Source of the DNA: the human T2T-CHM13v2.0 reference genome, Homo sapiens
DNA: 64,000 bases
Direction of reading: 5' to 3'
Assembly: GCA_009914755.4 (NCBI GenBank)
Contig: CP086569.2
Coordinates: 5,248,001-5,312,000, forward strand
Below are positions 1 through 12,520 of this stretch, piece after piece (the first letter of the stretch is position 1; each line of letters begins with the position of its first letter). Made by a program: the position numbers and the translations under genes. The notes under the pieces are model-generated. The model saw nothing but the letters and a program-made list of their open reading frames with translations. It searched no databases and had not been told where the DNA came from.

Positions 1-902
1 TTTTTAAGTTTAAAAGATATGAACAGTACAGTACAGTGTTCCAGAAATTCTTATTGGTGAAGAATTCATGGCTTGGAAAACTAAGTTGATGATGCAGAAG
101 AATGTTCATTATGAAAGAAATGGGTTATAAAGAAGTCTGAGAAAAAGACTATTTAGGAAATTTGTCTTAAAAGGGTGAGAAATGGATTAGATATGGGCAT
201 GAACGAAATACAATTTTTTCTTTCATTCTTAGGTTTGGCTTTGTTCCTTTTCACTGAGCTGGAATGAGTATCACAGGGTAATTGTGACATATTGACCCTT
301 AAACTTTCAACATGTTTTCATTAATTCAACAAATATTATTTAAGGTGGCATCATACCCGACACAATTTTAGCTTATCCTTTATGTAAACCTTATGTAAAC
401 TAAATATACATTAATCTTGCACAAAAATTTTGAGAAAATATTTTGAGGAAATGTGTTAATGCATTATTTGCTTCTGCATGTACCTTTTTCCCTAGAATAT
501 GACTGGGTTTTGATTATATATTGCCAGAAAATAGTTTCACCTATGTAAAGGATTTGTTCTTAGTGACTTTTGTTGTCAGGAAGTTTTGCATTTGTGTTAA
601 CACTTGTGTGTTTTGTGGCATCATGTTTTTATTAGTATCAGTGCTACATTCTGTGATACCTTTATGACTCCTAAATCTTTGATTTAGATTATATAATTCA
701 TTGCTAATCATGTCTTCTTCTCAATGTATCTCATTTAAATTATTTTAGCTAAAGGGCCAAGTGATAGCTGGGAACATTATGTGCCCATTCCTGATGGTGC
801 CCATTTTTCAAAAGGAAGGGATTTTGAGAAAGGTCCTCAGAATTCAGTAATACTGGTATATAGTGTAATGTTGAAAGAATGTAATGATGCACTAACTTTG
901 GC

Positions 903-1066
903 TTATTTATTTATTTTTAGAGACAGGGTCTCACTCTGTCTCCCAGGCTGAAGTGCAGTGGTGTGATCATGGCTCACTTTAGCCTGGAGCTCCTTGCCTC
1001 AAGCCATACTCCTGCCTTAGCCATCCAAAGCCTTGGAATTATAGGCATGAGCCACCACACATGACC
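903..1066 (-). mobile_element. Alu-derived SINE fragment (~160 bp), antisense, with T-rich tail at low-coordinate end
   Basis: Sequence 'gagacagggtctcactctgtctcccaggctgaagtgcagtgg...ggaattataggcatgagccaccac' is the reverse complement of the Alu 3' arm. It is preceded by the (TTTA)n/T run 'ttatttatttatttttag'. It is shorter than a dimeric Alu, so it is an old or internally deleted copy. Confidence 0.6.
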
Positions 1067-3699
1067 TCCTTTTCAAGTTATTCCATTAATTATTTATAGG
1101 AAATAACAACAGTTTAATGAAAATTTAAAAAAAGAATTAGGAAGTTTATCCATATCTAATTCAAAATCACATGACAAATTCTTATTTAACTTAGTCAACC
1201 TATGGGGATAATTTGTATTCTTAAAAAAATCTCTTCTAGTAGGAAAAAATATAATTTCAAAATCTTACTTAAACCAAATGTATTTGTTATTCAAGATATG
1301 AGTACATTTCTCTCTGTCTTGACACTTGAAATTCTCGTATAAGATTTCAAATTATAGGGGAAAAATCAGAAGAATTGATTGTTGTATTTTAGGAAACTCA
1401 CATTGTGTTTTGGGAATTTTGGCAAATTATAAAAAATACCCTTTAATTTCCACAAGCGAAAGTACATGCTGACTTGAAGTTAATTCTACTTTTTAAAAGT
1501 AAAATCATTTTGGAAAGTTTTTCAGTGAGTTATGTCCATGCAAAATAAGTGAACACTGGTAATTCTTTGTACAACAGAGTACAAAAATTGAAAGAGAATA
1601 GGAAAATATTGCTACTTAGGGATCCGGGATATATATTTTTCATCATGGGACATGATATTTCATCTGAGCACAATGTGCATTTGAGGAATGGATAGGACTG
1701 GCTTATAGTTTAAATAAATATCTTAGCTAGTCATGGTTATATTCTCTTAGACTAAATTTCAGTCAAATTCTTAGCAATATTAATATGTGTATTTGAACTA
1801 ATTTCTGTGTCAATTCTCCAAACTGTGTAGCAGAAACATCATTTTATGTTTAAAGAAACAAAGTAAAGGGAGAGATTAATAGGAACTCAGACAAATGCAG
1901 AATCAAATTATAGTGTATTAAAGATGTATATCTCCTTCCTTGTTATATAAGAACTAAAACTTAGGCAACATTTTATCTCTTAGTGGTATACTCTCCTTTT
2001 ACAAATACCAAAATATAATATTTATATTTTGAGTATCCAAAGAGCCATTACCTTAAATCTGTATCTTCTAGTCATGAAGTGCAGATGATTTTTAAGGCAG
2101 ACAGCATTTGGTTTATTCAAAAAATCTTTTAATATGTCTTTTGCAGTGAGTTAATCTGTCAGACTGATAAAATAAGTTCCTCATACTCCCCCTCCTCTTC
2201 CTGTGCATATAAGCTTTTATTTAATTCTGTTTGAAATAGCTTGCTTCTATTTTTGCTTCCTCTTCATGTTTGTGGCACTGCTTTTTATGCTTTGTTCTTT
2301 GCTGACATAAAATATTTATCAACATATCATCTAAGAAGATTGGTTCTCCACAGTAGATATCCAATATGTTTCACCACATGGAAAATGTCTTTTCTTGTTT
2401 ATTCCTAAAATCTGTAGCCAAATTCCCATATGTCTGGTTTATCCATTGATACTTGAAAATGTAAAACTAAGTAATTCTGTGGATAACAATTATGCATGAA
2501 CATTGCCATTAAACAGTAAATTTTAAAATAATTTATATTTAAACTAAAATAATAATCATATATCTTTCAATATCAAGCAAACGGATTTGATTTTATTCCA
2601 TTCCTTTGTTATAATGGAAAATAAATTTTCTAATACATTTATTTTTCATTTTTTCTTTGATATGATTTCCCTAATAGTTAAAACAATAGCATTATTCAGA
2701 GACTGTATTTTTAGATGTGGCCTATGATTTCAAGGATCCCTCCTTTCCCCATGTGTTACAATACAAAATATAAATAACCAGTTGGTTCCAAGACTAAAAA
2801 TTTCTGCCAAAGCTTGTGTTCATACAGTTACAAAGTCCCAATAAAATATATATTAGAGAGAAAAAATATAAATATAGAAAATAAATCAAAGTCTCCAATT
2901 CTTTGAAAATGCCAGCATGGTACTACTGTTAAGCTGTCAGTAATTCACTGTGATTACAAGAAATCACAACTTCAGTCCATGCTAATATCACATGTGAGAT
3001 TATGAAAACATATTTATAAAGAGAATTATCAAGTCAGCTTGCACTTCCAAAACTATACTTTCGTTTCAATTATTTCATCTCCTTAAATATTTTATATGTA
3101 AATATTAAGATCTATATAATAAAATAATCAATTTATTTGGAGTTTTATAAGTTGTCCATCCAGATGCATCTCTCTAAACTGATGTATTAGGAGGAAAAAT
3201 ACTGTCAATGAATAAACATCACTATCTTTCTCATTTTGTAGCAAATTTTAAAGTGAAAGTAATAGAACATTACTTTGGGGGAACAATGCAATATTTATGA
3301 TAGTGAACATTATTGAAATAAGTTCAAATTTTTCTTTATGGATTTTAAAAAACATGCTTTCATATACAAAAACATGTAAACATCTGCCTAAAATAAAGTT
3401 GAAATAGATATTTTTGAAATGGTAATTATATGACCTATTTCTTATTCCAGTTTTCTGTTACATATGCTACATGTAATAGAAAATGTAAATAATATAGTAT
3501 TAATATAAGTATAGACATGCATATAATATATGATCAATATAAGTACTTCTCAAATGAAATCTCTGTTTCCAAACTATGTCCTAAGTTGTGTGCAGAGCTT
3601 AATATGTTTAGCAAGGCATACGAACATACAGAAAGAGAAAATATGCTATAGAACTTACAAAACTGACATTCACTAATAAAATAAGACTTTCAAGTGCTT

Positions 3700-4640
3700 A
3701 TTTTTATTTGTTATTTTTAACTTTATTATGGGTATATAATAGTTGTATATTTTTATGAGGTATGTGTAATGTTTTGATACAGACATATAATGTATAATGA
3801 TCAAGTCAGGGTAATTAGAGAACACATCATCTCAAGCCTTTATCATTTTTTTGTTTTAGGAACATTCCAATTCCACTCTTTTAGTTATTTAAAAATAAAC
3901 AACAAAATACTGTTAACTAGAGTCACCCTATTGTGCCACCAAATACTAGATCTTATGCATGCTATCTAACTCTATGTTTGTACACATTAACTATCTTCAC
4001 TTTATCCTTCTGTCTCCTCTATGCTTTCCAGCCTTTGGCAATCATCATTTCACTCTCAACCTCCACTGAGTTCAAATTTTTTTTTAGCTGCCATATATGA
4101 TTGAAAACATGTAACATTTGTCTTTCTGTGTCTGACTTATTTCACTTAACATAATATCCTTCAGCTCCATACATGTTGTTGCAAATGACAGAATTTCATT
4201 TTCTTTATGGCTGAATGATAACCCATTCTGAATATGCAGCACATTTTCTTTATCCATTCATCCATTGGACACTTAGATTGCTTTCATTTCTTGGCTATTG
4301 TGAATAGTGCTGCAAAATAAACACGGGAGTGCAGATATCTCTTTGATATACTGATTTTCTTTCATTTGGATTTAAACCCAACAGTGGAATTGCTGGATCA
4401 TATGGTGGGTCTAATTTTAGTTTTTTGAGGATCCTCTATACTGTTCTCCATAGTGGTTGTACTAATTTACATTTTCATCAAAAGCGTATGAGCGTTCCCT
4501 TTTATCCCTACCCTTGCCAGAATTTGTGATTGCCTCTCTTTTGGATAAAAGCCATTTTAACTGGGGCGAGATGATTTCTCATTGTAGTTTTGATTGGCAT
4601 CTCTCGAAAAACTGGGTATAGAATGAACATATATCAACAC
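3700..4640 (-). mobile_element. Ancient L1 (L1PB/L1MA-like) ORF2 C-terminus + 3' UTR, antisense; inverted arm of a twin-primed L1
   Basis: It contains rc-L1 hallmarks: 'cccaacagtggaattgctggatcatatgg' (rc of the 'ggtatatacccagtaatgggattgctgggtc' region), 'actggggcgagatgatttctcattgtagttttgatt' (rc of the [10 protein letters not shown] region) and 'gacttatttcacttaacataatatcc'. There is A/T-rich tail-like sequence at 3700-3730. Confidence 0.65.
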
Positions 4641-5095
4641 AATAAAAGTCACATTTGTTAAGCCCACAGCTAGTATCATACCAAACAAGGAAAGTCTGTA
4701 ACTCTTTCCTCTAAGATCAAGAACAATAAAAGCATGTGCACTTTTACCACTTTTATTCAACATAGTTCTCTACTTAGATAAGAGAAGGAAATAAAGGGCA
4801 TTCAAATTGAAAAAGAAGAAGTCAAATTATTCTTGTTTGTAGACAACGTAATCTTATATTTAAAAAAACCTTAAAGTCCTCACCAAAAAACTATTGGAAC
4901 TGATAAACAAATTGGAATTAGTAAAGTTGCAGGATACAAATCCAACATACATAGAAAAACATTAGTAGCATTTCTATATGCCAACAGCAAATAAGTTGCA
5001 AAAGAAACCAAAAAAGAAACACCATTTACAATAGCTAAAAATAAAACAAAGTATCCAGGAGTAAATAACCAAAAACTTGAAAGATTTCTACAATG
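4641..5095 (+). mobile_element. Ancient L1 ORF2 segment (sense), upstream part of the same L1, interrupted by the KRT18 retrocopy
   Basis: The translation resembles L1 ORF2p: 'FNIVLEV...[25 protein letters not shown]...' and '[17 protein letters not shown]' (about '[20 protein letters not shown]'). The ORF at 5077 starts in this L1-derived sequence. Confidence 0.65.
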
Positions 5096-6506
5096 GGCCA
5101 CCATCGTCGGCAAAGCCTGAGTCCTGTCCTATCTCTCTCCTCCCCGGACAGCATGAGCTTCACCACTCGGTCTACCTTCTCCACCAACTACCAGTCACTG
5201 GGCTCTGTCCAGGCGCCCAGCTACGGCGCCCGGCCGGTCAGCAGCGCGGCCAGCGTCTATGCAGGCGCCGGGGGCTCTGGTTCCCGGATCTCCGTGTCCG
5301 CTCCACCAGCTTCCGGGGCGGCATGGGGCCTGGGGGCCTGGCCGCGGGGATGGCTGGGGGTCTGGCAGGAATGGGAGGCATCCAGAACAAGAAGACCATG
5401 CAAAGCCTGAACGACTGCCTGGCCTCTTACCTGGACAGAGAGAGGAGCCTGGAGACTGAGAACCGTAGGCTGGAGAGCAAAATCCGGGAGCACTTGGAGA
5501 AGAAGGGACCCCAGGTCAAAGACTGGAGCCATTACTTCAAGACCATCGAGGACCTGAGGGCTCAGATCTTCGCAAATACTGTGGACAATGCCTGCATCGT
5601 TCTACATATTGACAATGCCCGTCTTGCTGCTGATGACTTTAGAGTCAAGTATGAGACACAGCTGGCGATGCGCCAGTCTGTGGAGAACGACATCCATGGG
5701 CTCCGCAAGGTCATTGATGACACCAATGTCACTTGACTGCAGCTAGAGACAGAGATTGAAGCTCTCAGGGAGGAGCTGCTCTTCATGAAGAACCACGAAG
5801 AGGAAGTAAAAGGCCTACAAGCCCAGATTGCCAGCTTTAGGTTGACCGTGGAGGTAGATGCCCCCAAATCTCAGGACCTTGCCAAGATCATGGCAGACAT
5901 CCGGGCCCAATATGACAAGCTGGCTGGGAAGAACCGAGAGGAGCTAGACAAATACTGGCCTCAGCAGATTGAGGAGAACACCACAGTGGTCACCACACAG
6001 TCCGCCGAGGTTGGAGCTGCTGAGATGACGCTCACAGAGCTGAGACGTACAGTCCAGTCCTTGGAGATCGACCTGGACTCCATGAGAAATCTGAAGGCCA
6101 GCTTGGAGAACAACCCGAGGGAGGTGGAGGCCCGCTACTCCCTTCAGATGGTGCAGCTCATCGGGATCCTGCTGCACCTGGAGTCAGAGCTGGCACAGAC
6201 CCGGGCAGAGAGACAGCGCCAGGCCCAGGAGTAATGAGGCCGTGCTGAACATCAAGGTCAAGCTGGAGGCTGAGATCACCACCTACCGCCGCCTGCTGGA
6301 AGATGGCGAGGACTTCATTCTTGGTGATGCCTTGGACAGCAGCAACTCCATGCAAACCATCCAAAAGACCACCACCCGCCGGAGAGTGGATGGCAAAGTG
6401 GTGTCTGAGACCAACGACACCAAAGTTCTGAGGCATTAAGCCAGCAGAAGCAGGGTACCCTTTGGGGAGCAGGAGGCCAATAAAAAGTACAGAGTTAAAA
6501 AAAAAA
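5096..6506 (+). pseudogene. KRT18P: Keratin 18 (KRT18) processed pseudogene: full-length retrocopy of KRT18 mRNA (5' UTR, CDS remnant 5153-6439, 3' UTR, AATAAA at 6479-6484, poly(A) 6497-6506)
   Basis: Track ORFs 5093-5410, 5077-5736, 5785-6234 and 6242-6439 together read as KRT18 protein, from '[48 protein letters not shown]' through '...RRLLEDGEDF.LGDALDSSNSMQTIQKTTTRR.VDGKVVSETNDTKVLRH*'. The copy is intronless. The disabling lesions are a 1-bp deletion after RISVS (near 5295), CGA>TGA nonsense at 5734-5736, a 3-bp deletion in 'FMKKNHEE' and a 1-bp insertion near 6229 ('caggagtaatgagg'). It is flanked by the TSD 'aaagatttctacaatg' at 5080-5095 and 'aaagatttaaacaatg' at 6504-6519. The exact numbered KRT18P locus is unknown. 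Confidence 0.9.
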
Positions 6507-7445
6507 GATTTAAACAATGAAAACTATAAAACATTGATGAAAGAAATTGAGGCAGATACAAAAAAATTGAAAGACATTTCATATTCATAGATTGGAAAAA
6601 TCTATATTGTTACAAAGTCCATACTACCCAAAGCCATCTACAATTCCTATCAAAACACCAATGACATTCTTCAGAGAAATAGAAAAAATAATCCTAAAAT
6701 TTATATGGAACCACAAAAGACCCAGAATAACCAAAGCTATGCTAAGCAAAAATAACTACACTGGGGGAATCATAGTACCTGACTTCAAATTATACTACAG
6801 AGCCATAGTAACCAAAACAGCATGGTACTGGCATAAAAATAGACACATATACCAGGGGAACAGAATAGAGAACCCACAAACAAATTCACATACCTACAGT
6901 GAACTCATTTTTGACAAAGGTGCCAGGAATATAAACTGAGGAAAAGAGAGTCTCTTCATTAAATGGTTCTGGGAAAACTGGATATCCATATGTAGAAGAA
7001 TTAAACTTGACCCGTATCTCTTGCTATATACAAAAATCAAATCCAAGTGGATTAAACACTTAAATCTAAGACCTTAAACTATGAAACTACTACAAGAAAA
7101 CACTGGAGAAACTATCCAGGACATTGGTCTTGGCAAAGACTTATTGACCAATGCCCCAGAGGCACAAGCAATCAAACCAAAAAATGGACAAATGGGATCA
7201 CAGCAAGTTAAAAAGTTTCTGCACAGCAAAGGAAACAATCAACAAAGTGATGAGACAACCCACAGAAGGGGGGGAAATATTTGTAAACTACTCATCTGGC
7301 AAGGAATTAATAACCAGAATATATGAGGAGCTCAAACAACTCAATAGGAAAAAAAGTGATTAATAAATAGACAAGAGATTGTAATAGACATTTCTCAAAA
7401 TAATATATACAAATGGCCTACCTTCAAGTGTTTAAGTAAAAGTTG
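6507..7445 (+). mobile_element. Ancient L1 ORF2 segment (sense) continuing after the KRT18 retrocopy
   Basis: It translates as L1 ORF2p: '[20 protein letters not shown]', '[80 protein letters not shown]...' up to 'WINK.TRD.NRHFSK'. It is contiguous with 4641-5095 once the retrocopy is removed. Confidence 0.7.
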
Positions 7446-9728
7446 TTTCCTGATATCATGTCCATTTACTTATGCAATATAGAGACTTTAATTACCTACT
7501 GTTTTCTTTATAGTACAGCAGATTTTTAAATTAGTTTGTAATGGAGCAAACAGGTTGGTGAAAATGTAAAGAAAAAGTTTTGAAATTTTTTATTCTAAAA
7601 AACTTCAATTATATTCTCTCTCTAGATATGATTGAGTTTTATCCCTGTTTTATTTCTATGCGCACAACTCAAAAAGGTTTGTTGACAAAACAGTCAAAGC
7701 TTCGAAATTGGGTAAATTGCTTAGAAGAAACTTATTTTCAATTTCACAAGGAAGAAATTTTAAAACTTAAGTCTTTTAGCAATGTACAGATTGTACATTA
7801 TTATCTTGGAGGCATGTATTTTGTCTGCATTAAAATCATGCAAAGGAACACGCTTTACAAATCAATTTCACTGTGGACCTAAAGACCAGATACACCACCA
7901 AGTCCCATTTAAAAATGGCCTTAATTTAGAATTCACCCTCTCAAGAACAGATTGAGTATTAAAACATATGAAATGTTTGAGAGCTAAAATTGTTTCAAAT
8001 ATTTTGGATAGCTTAAAGGCATATTTTAGAAATACTGATTTCTTAGTATTTTCTTTGCCAAACTGAAGAAAATAATGGATCCAGCCCTCAAAATTTTGCT
8101 TTGGGAATTTCTCATCATCATTAAAATTTGTATATTATCATAACTGCTTCATGTACCTCCCAAAGCAGTGTAACCAGTGCCTTAGTAGGAACTTTCAATG
8201 GACCATGAAACAATTTTTATTCCCACATTTATTTTTGAGAAAAGTTGAGTCCTCCATAATTCATATTTCTTGAGTTCTTTCTGGGAGTCAGCAAAATCTT
8301 TAAAAAGATTCTTTAAAAAAAGAATTTGTTATCTTAAATATCCAAACTAACTGAGAAGGATTTTAAATTGACATTTGTGTTGTTAGGATAGTTTGACAAT
8401 GTAATTAGTGAAGTCAGATGGCCTGCAGAAAACCAAATGAAAATATAATGTGATCATATATAAATTTTTCTGTAAGATGTCCAGTTCTGTATATCTCAGA
8501 ATTATTCTTTTAATTGTAGCTACCAAAAGGAGTTATTATGATTGGCTAGATTCGCTTTATATAGCCATGAACAATTTAAAATATTAAGGCTAGATTTTGA
8601 GGTGGAAATTTTTGCCTTATATTTTTAGCAAAAAGGAACAATTATATTCTATTTCTCTTAAGGACTAAGTTAATTTGCTAATTAGTATTTTTCAATAGGC
8701 ATTATCATTTTGTTGGATCTGCCAAAGCAAGATTTTATTTCTTAAAATATGATTTTCTCTTATTCTGCCCTTGTCAGTTGATGTGTACATGAGGGGGTAA
8801 ATTGCATTTAGTATTCATCTAAATTGGAATTTTCCAAATGTATAATCTAAAAGCACTGATCTGTTGATACTCCCTGCAATAAAAGTTTTCCTTGAGCAAA
8901 TAGTTTTGGATATATGTATTGTTTTCATATCTTGGAAATGATCTGTAAATGGTGGCATTTAATAGTATGTGAGTTCCTTGGTAATGAAAACATGAATTCT
9001 AATTCTACTTATGTCTCTAACTTGTTGTGTTAGTCTCAGATCTAAGTCATTTTATTTCTCTTGATGTCATTCTTCATGTGTATATTGAGGATGCTGAATC
9101 GGATGACTGTCTAAGGGCTCTGGTTCTTGACTTCTCTAATCGTTTTATTCTAGATAAAATTTAAGTTGTAACTCTATGCTCTTTGAAGCGCATAAACACT
9201 GTCAACATAAAAAAATGAGACTTGAAGGTGGTATCCATTACAGCCTTTGCAAAGATTTCCCTTGAATAAAAGGGCAGAAAATAGAGCCAATAGCTTGTGG
9301 ACTAGGAAGATTTTGTGAAGAATAGGAAAAATGAGTTAATTTCAGAAATGGAAAAAAAAGTACAACTCTAGGCTATGAAAGAAAATAAGCCATCTGGTAT
9401 TATGGCACTGCATGAGTTCAGTCAACCAAAATTCTGTTAATGTAGAAAATGGTAATTGCATATTTTGTGAAAATGTTTCGATTCCTAAGGTTTTAGTTAC
9501 CTCTATAATAAAGGCAACATTATGACTTTTGCTGTTGTCAATTTTCAAATTAATATTTCTTTGATCCAGTAGTAACCTAATTTTTATTGAAACTCAAGGC
9601 ACAGAGGAATATGGATAGAAACTTTAATATAAAGGGATACATAATTAATTTTATATTTGCAATACTTATTTCACTGCAAATAAGATGCTCATTATGTTAA
9701 TCACATTGCAGCTTCTCTGTTTGTAGCT

Positions 9729-10105
9729 TATATGGTTTGGCTGTGTCCCCACCCAAATCTGATCTTGAATTATAGTCCCCATAATCCCCACATGTCACAG
9801 GAGGGACCTGGTAGGAGGTAATTGAATCATGGGGACAGTTACCCCCATACTGTTCTTATGATAACGAGTGCGTTCTCAAGAGATCTGATGGTTTTATAAG
9901 GGGCTTTTCCCCCTTTGCTTGACACTTCTCCTTCCTCCTGCCATGTGAAGAAGTGTGTGTTTGCTTTTCCTTCCACCATGATGGTAAGTTTCATGGGGCC
10001 TTTCCAGCTCTGTGGAACAGTGAGTCAACTAAACCTCTTTCCTTTATAAATTACCCAGTCTTGGGCAGTTCTTTATAGCAGCATGAGAACAAACTAATAC
10101 AGTAG
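9729..10105 (+). mobile_element. Solo MaLR LTR of the THE1/MST group
   Basis: It starts 'tatggtttggctgtgtccccacccaaatctgatcttgaatt' and ends '...gcagcatgagaacaaactaatacag', the characteristic THE1/MST LTR termini (TG...CA), about 375 bp. A 5-bp TSD 'gtagc' flanks it. Confidence 0.6.
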
Positions 10106-10506
10106 CCTTAACCTTACACACAATTTGAATAGAAAATTTGATTCGAGCTTCATTATTTTTGTAGTTCAGACTCTATGCAATCTACACAAGTACAACACTG
10201 CTACAGTATATTAGTTTTGCACTCAATAGGAGATTCACTGGGGTGATTTGAATTATACATCAAGAAGAATTGAATCTTTTTGGCATATTTTGTAGAATTT
10301 TTTAAAATTAGCATTATTCAAAGAGGTATTGGTTTATTAATTTGACACCACAGTCTTCCGTACACTGATTTCATTTTTTTTCATGCTGATTCTGCCATAT
10401 CCTGTGACCTTCAGTATAAACTACTGTGTGGCTTTGCATAAGAAAATGAGAAACTTGTTCTCAAAAGTTAGCCTGTATCACGGTTGCATATGCTAGTCCA
10501 TGCTAT

Positions 10507-10650
10507 AGGTGGCATAGGCCTGTAGTCCTAGCTGAGATGGGATAACTGCTAGAGCCCAGGAATTTGGGGTTGTACTGAGCTATGATCTTTCCACTGCACT
10601 CCTGCCTGGGCTACAGAGTGAGAACATGTCTCTTAAAGAAACAAAAAAAG
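10507..10650 (+). mobile_element. Alu right-arm (monomer) fragment, sense
   Basis: 'ggcctgtagtcctagctgagatggg...gagcccaggaatttggggttgtactgagctatgatc...cactgcactcctgcctgggctacagagtgagaacatgtctc', then an A-rich end. Confidence 0.55.
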
Positions 10651-11934
10651 CCCATAAGAATAGGATAAACATCAGTTTTCAGATGAATTGAATCTTGACT
10701 GATCAGATTTTATTTGTATTAGGAACTATAATAAACATTGTAATTCACTGAATTAAGGAGGAGATATATGCATATGCATAGTGATACTTACATGCAATAT
10801 TATATTTCAATTGACTCTAGTAGTAAAGATATCTGATTATTTCTAAACAAATGTCTTTGAAAATGTTTTCACTTCTTATTTATTCCAAGAAATAACACTT
10901 TTATTTCAAAATGGCTTCATTAATGCAGCTTTATTACATGACTTTAAAATTTATGCATAATAAAACTGCAACTGTTACTTCTTTATTGAAGTAAATGGCA
11001 ATTATAGATTGATGCATGGTACTTGATCAACAAAGGTTACGCCAACACTGTGAATTTTATGGTGAGTTCTATTGACCTATAAGCTCTTCAACCATCATCT
11101 AGTTATTTGGAATTCTCATTTACTTTTAGCCAGATATTTCTAGCTCATATTTAGTACTTAAAATTTGTTTTAGGAATATAAAGGAGATATTAAAATATGT
11201 GTGTATGTGATAATGTAGCATGTTTTGGTATTGTTCTCATGATAAATTTTAGTAATATTTATGAAACTCAAAGAGGAGATTTTTTTTCTTTAAAATGTAT
11301 GTTTTCTTAATTTTGTGGTAAAAGAAGCCTAGTTATTTCTATTGTTTTAGTTTACTAATTAAAATATTTGCTAGTCATTAATTCAGAAAATAATGTTAAA
11401 AAACTCAATTATACTCAAAGTAAGAATTTATGCAAACATAATTTTTTATTATTATTGAATTTGTGTAAGTAAAAATAATGACACCTAAACTATCGTTTTT
11501 AAATTTATTAACAAATAAATTTAATCACAGAATATTTAATAGCCTAAAAACAATCTTCTTGTTAAAAACACACTTAACTTGTGAGATATGTTCATCTTCC
11601 ATATTAGACAACTTATGTTTTAAGTTACACATTAGTCATATTATATACCTAGTCATTCATAATATAAAATTTGGTTGGATTATTTATTTTAAAAATTAGT
11701 TTCAGTCATAATGATTCACATAGTCTATAGTATTTCAGATGACAAGGACTATGCTGATCTGTTTACCACAAATATCTTGGGCAGTGTTGATGCTTTAAAA
11801 ATGTCAATGATAAACCTTTAAACCTTAATTAAAAATTACTCTGAGATTTAGAGATACATTTCAAGATGGGCCTTTAGCTTACACAAAAAAGTCCTAATAA
11901 TTATAATGAATGCATTTCTTAGTGGTTGTTAGTA

Positions 11935-11965
11935 TATAAGATATATATAGATATATATATATACT
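11935..11965. repeat. (TA)n microsatellite
   Basis: 'atatatatagatatatatatatac'. Confidence 0.8.
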
Positions 11966-12494
11966 CCCTTACAGTGGGAAAATGGTTCCTTTTCTGTACC
12001 ATTTCTCATGTGATGAATTCGAGAAATTCTTCACATTCAGTCTTAAAAGTTTTAAGCCGAATATGCTTATTGTTCTGAATTTTAAGGAAAATTAATCAAT
12101 ATTTGACTTTGGTGGTTTATAAACCAATTTTCACTTTTCAATTTGGGAACTAAAAGTCTTGAATAAGTTGTTAAAATGTGTTTGTTTTCTTTTTTATTGT
12201 TGTCACGTCCCATGTTTTGCTTCTTTTATTTGTACTTCCATACTATTAGAAATAAGTCCAGACCCATTACATTACTTATTTTTTTGACCTTTTTAGTTAC
12301 CAAATTAGAAAGGATTTTTATCACTAAGCTCTAGACAACACTGAAATTGCAGTCTTTAAAAATGAAAAGCACGTACGTTATTACTTTTCTGTTTAAAGCA
12401 GTCTTTCTCTTTTTAGAGTTTTGTATATTTGAAAACTCTACACTTAAATATTACGAGTTGATTATGAATTCTAATTAATACAAAATTAGAGTGA

Positions 12495-12520
12495 TTCTGT
12501 GTGTGTGTGTTTGTGTGTTT
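12495..12520. repeat. (TG)n microsatellite
   Basis: 'tgtgtgtgtgtgtttgtgtgtt'. Confidence 0.8.

Noticed and set aside
5077-5736. 219-aa ORF that looks like a keratin-like gene
   Set aside because: Its first 25 codons are L1 ORF2-derived sequence. It then reads the KRT18 5' UTR out of frame and only joins the keratin frame after a 1-bp deletion. It ends at a CGA>TGA nonsense codon. It is part of an intronless, poly(A)-tailed, TSD-flanked retrocopy, so it is a pseudogene and not a gene.
6592-7363. ORFs 6592-6939 (115 aa), 7081-7326 and 7151-7363 as possible small genes
   Set aside because: They translate as degenerate L1 ORF2p C-terminal sequence ([28 protein letters not shown]...). They are fragments of the ancient L1 flanking the KRT18 retrocopy.
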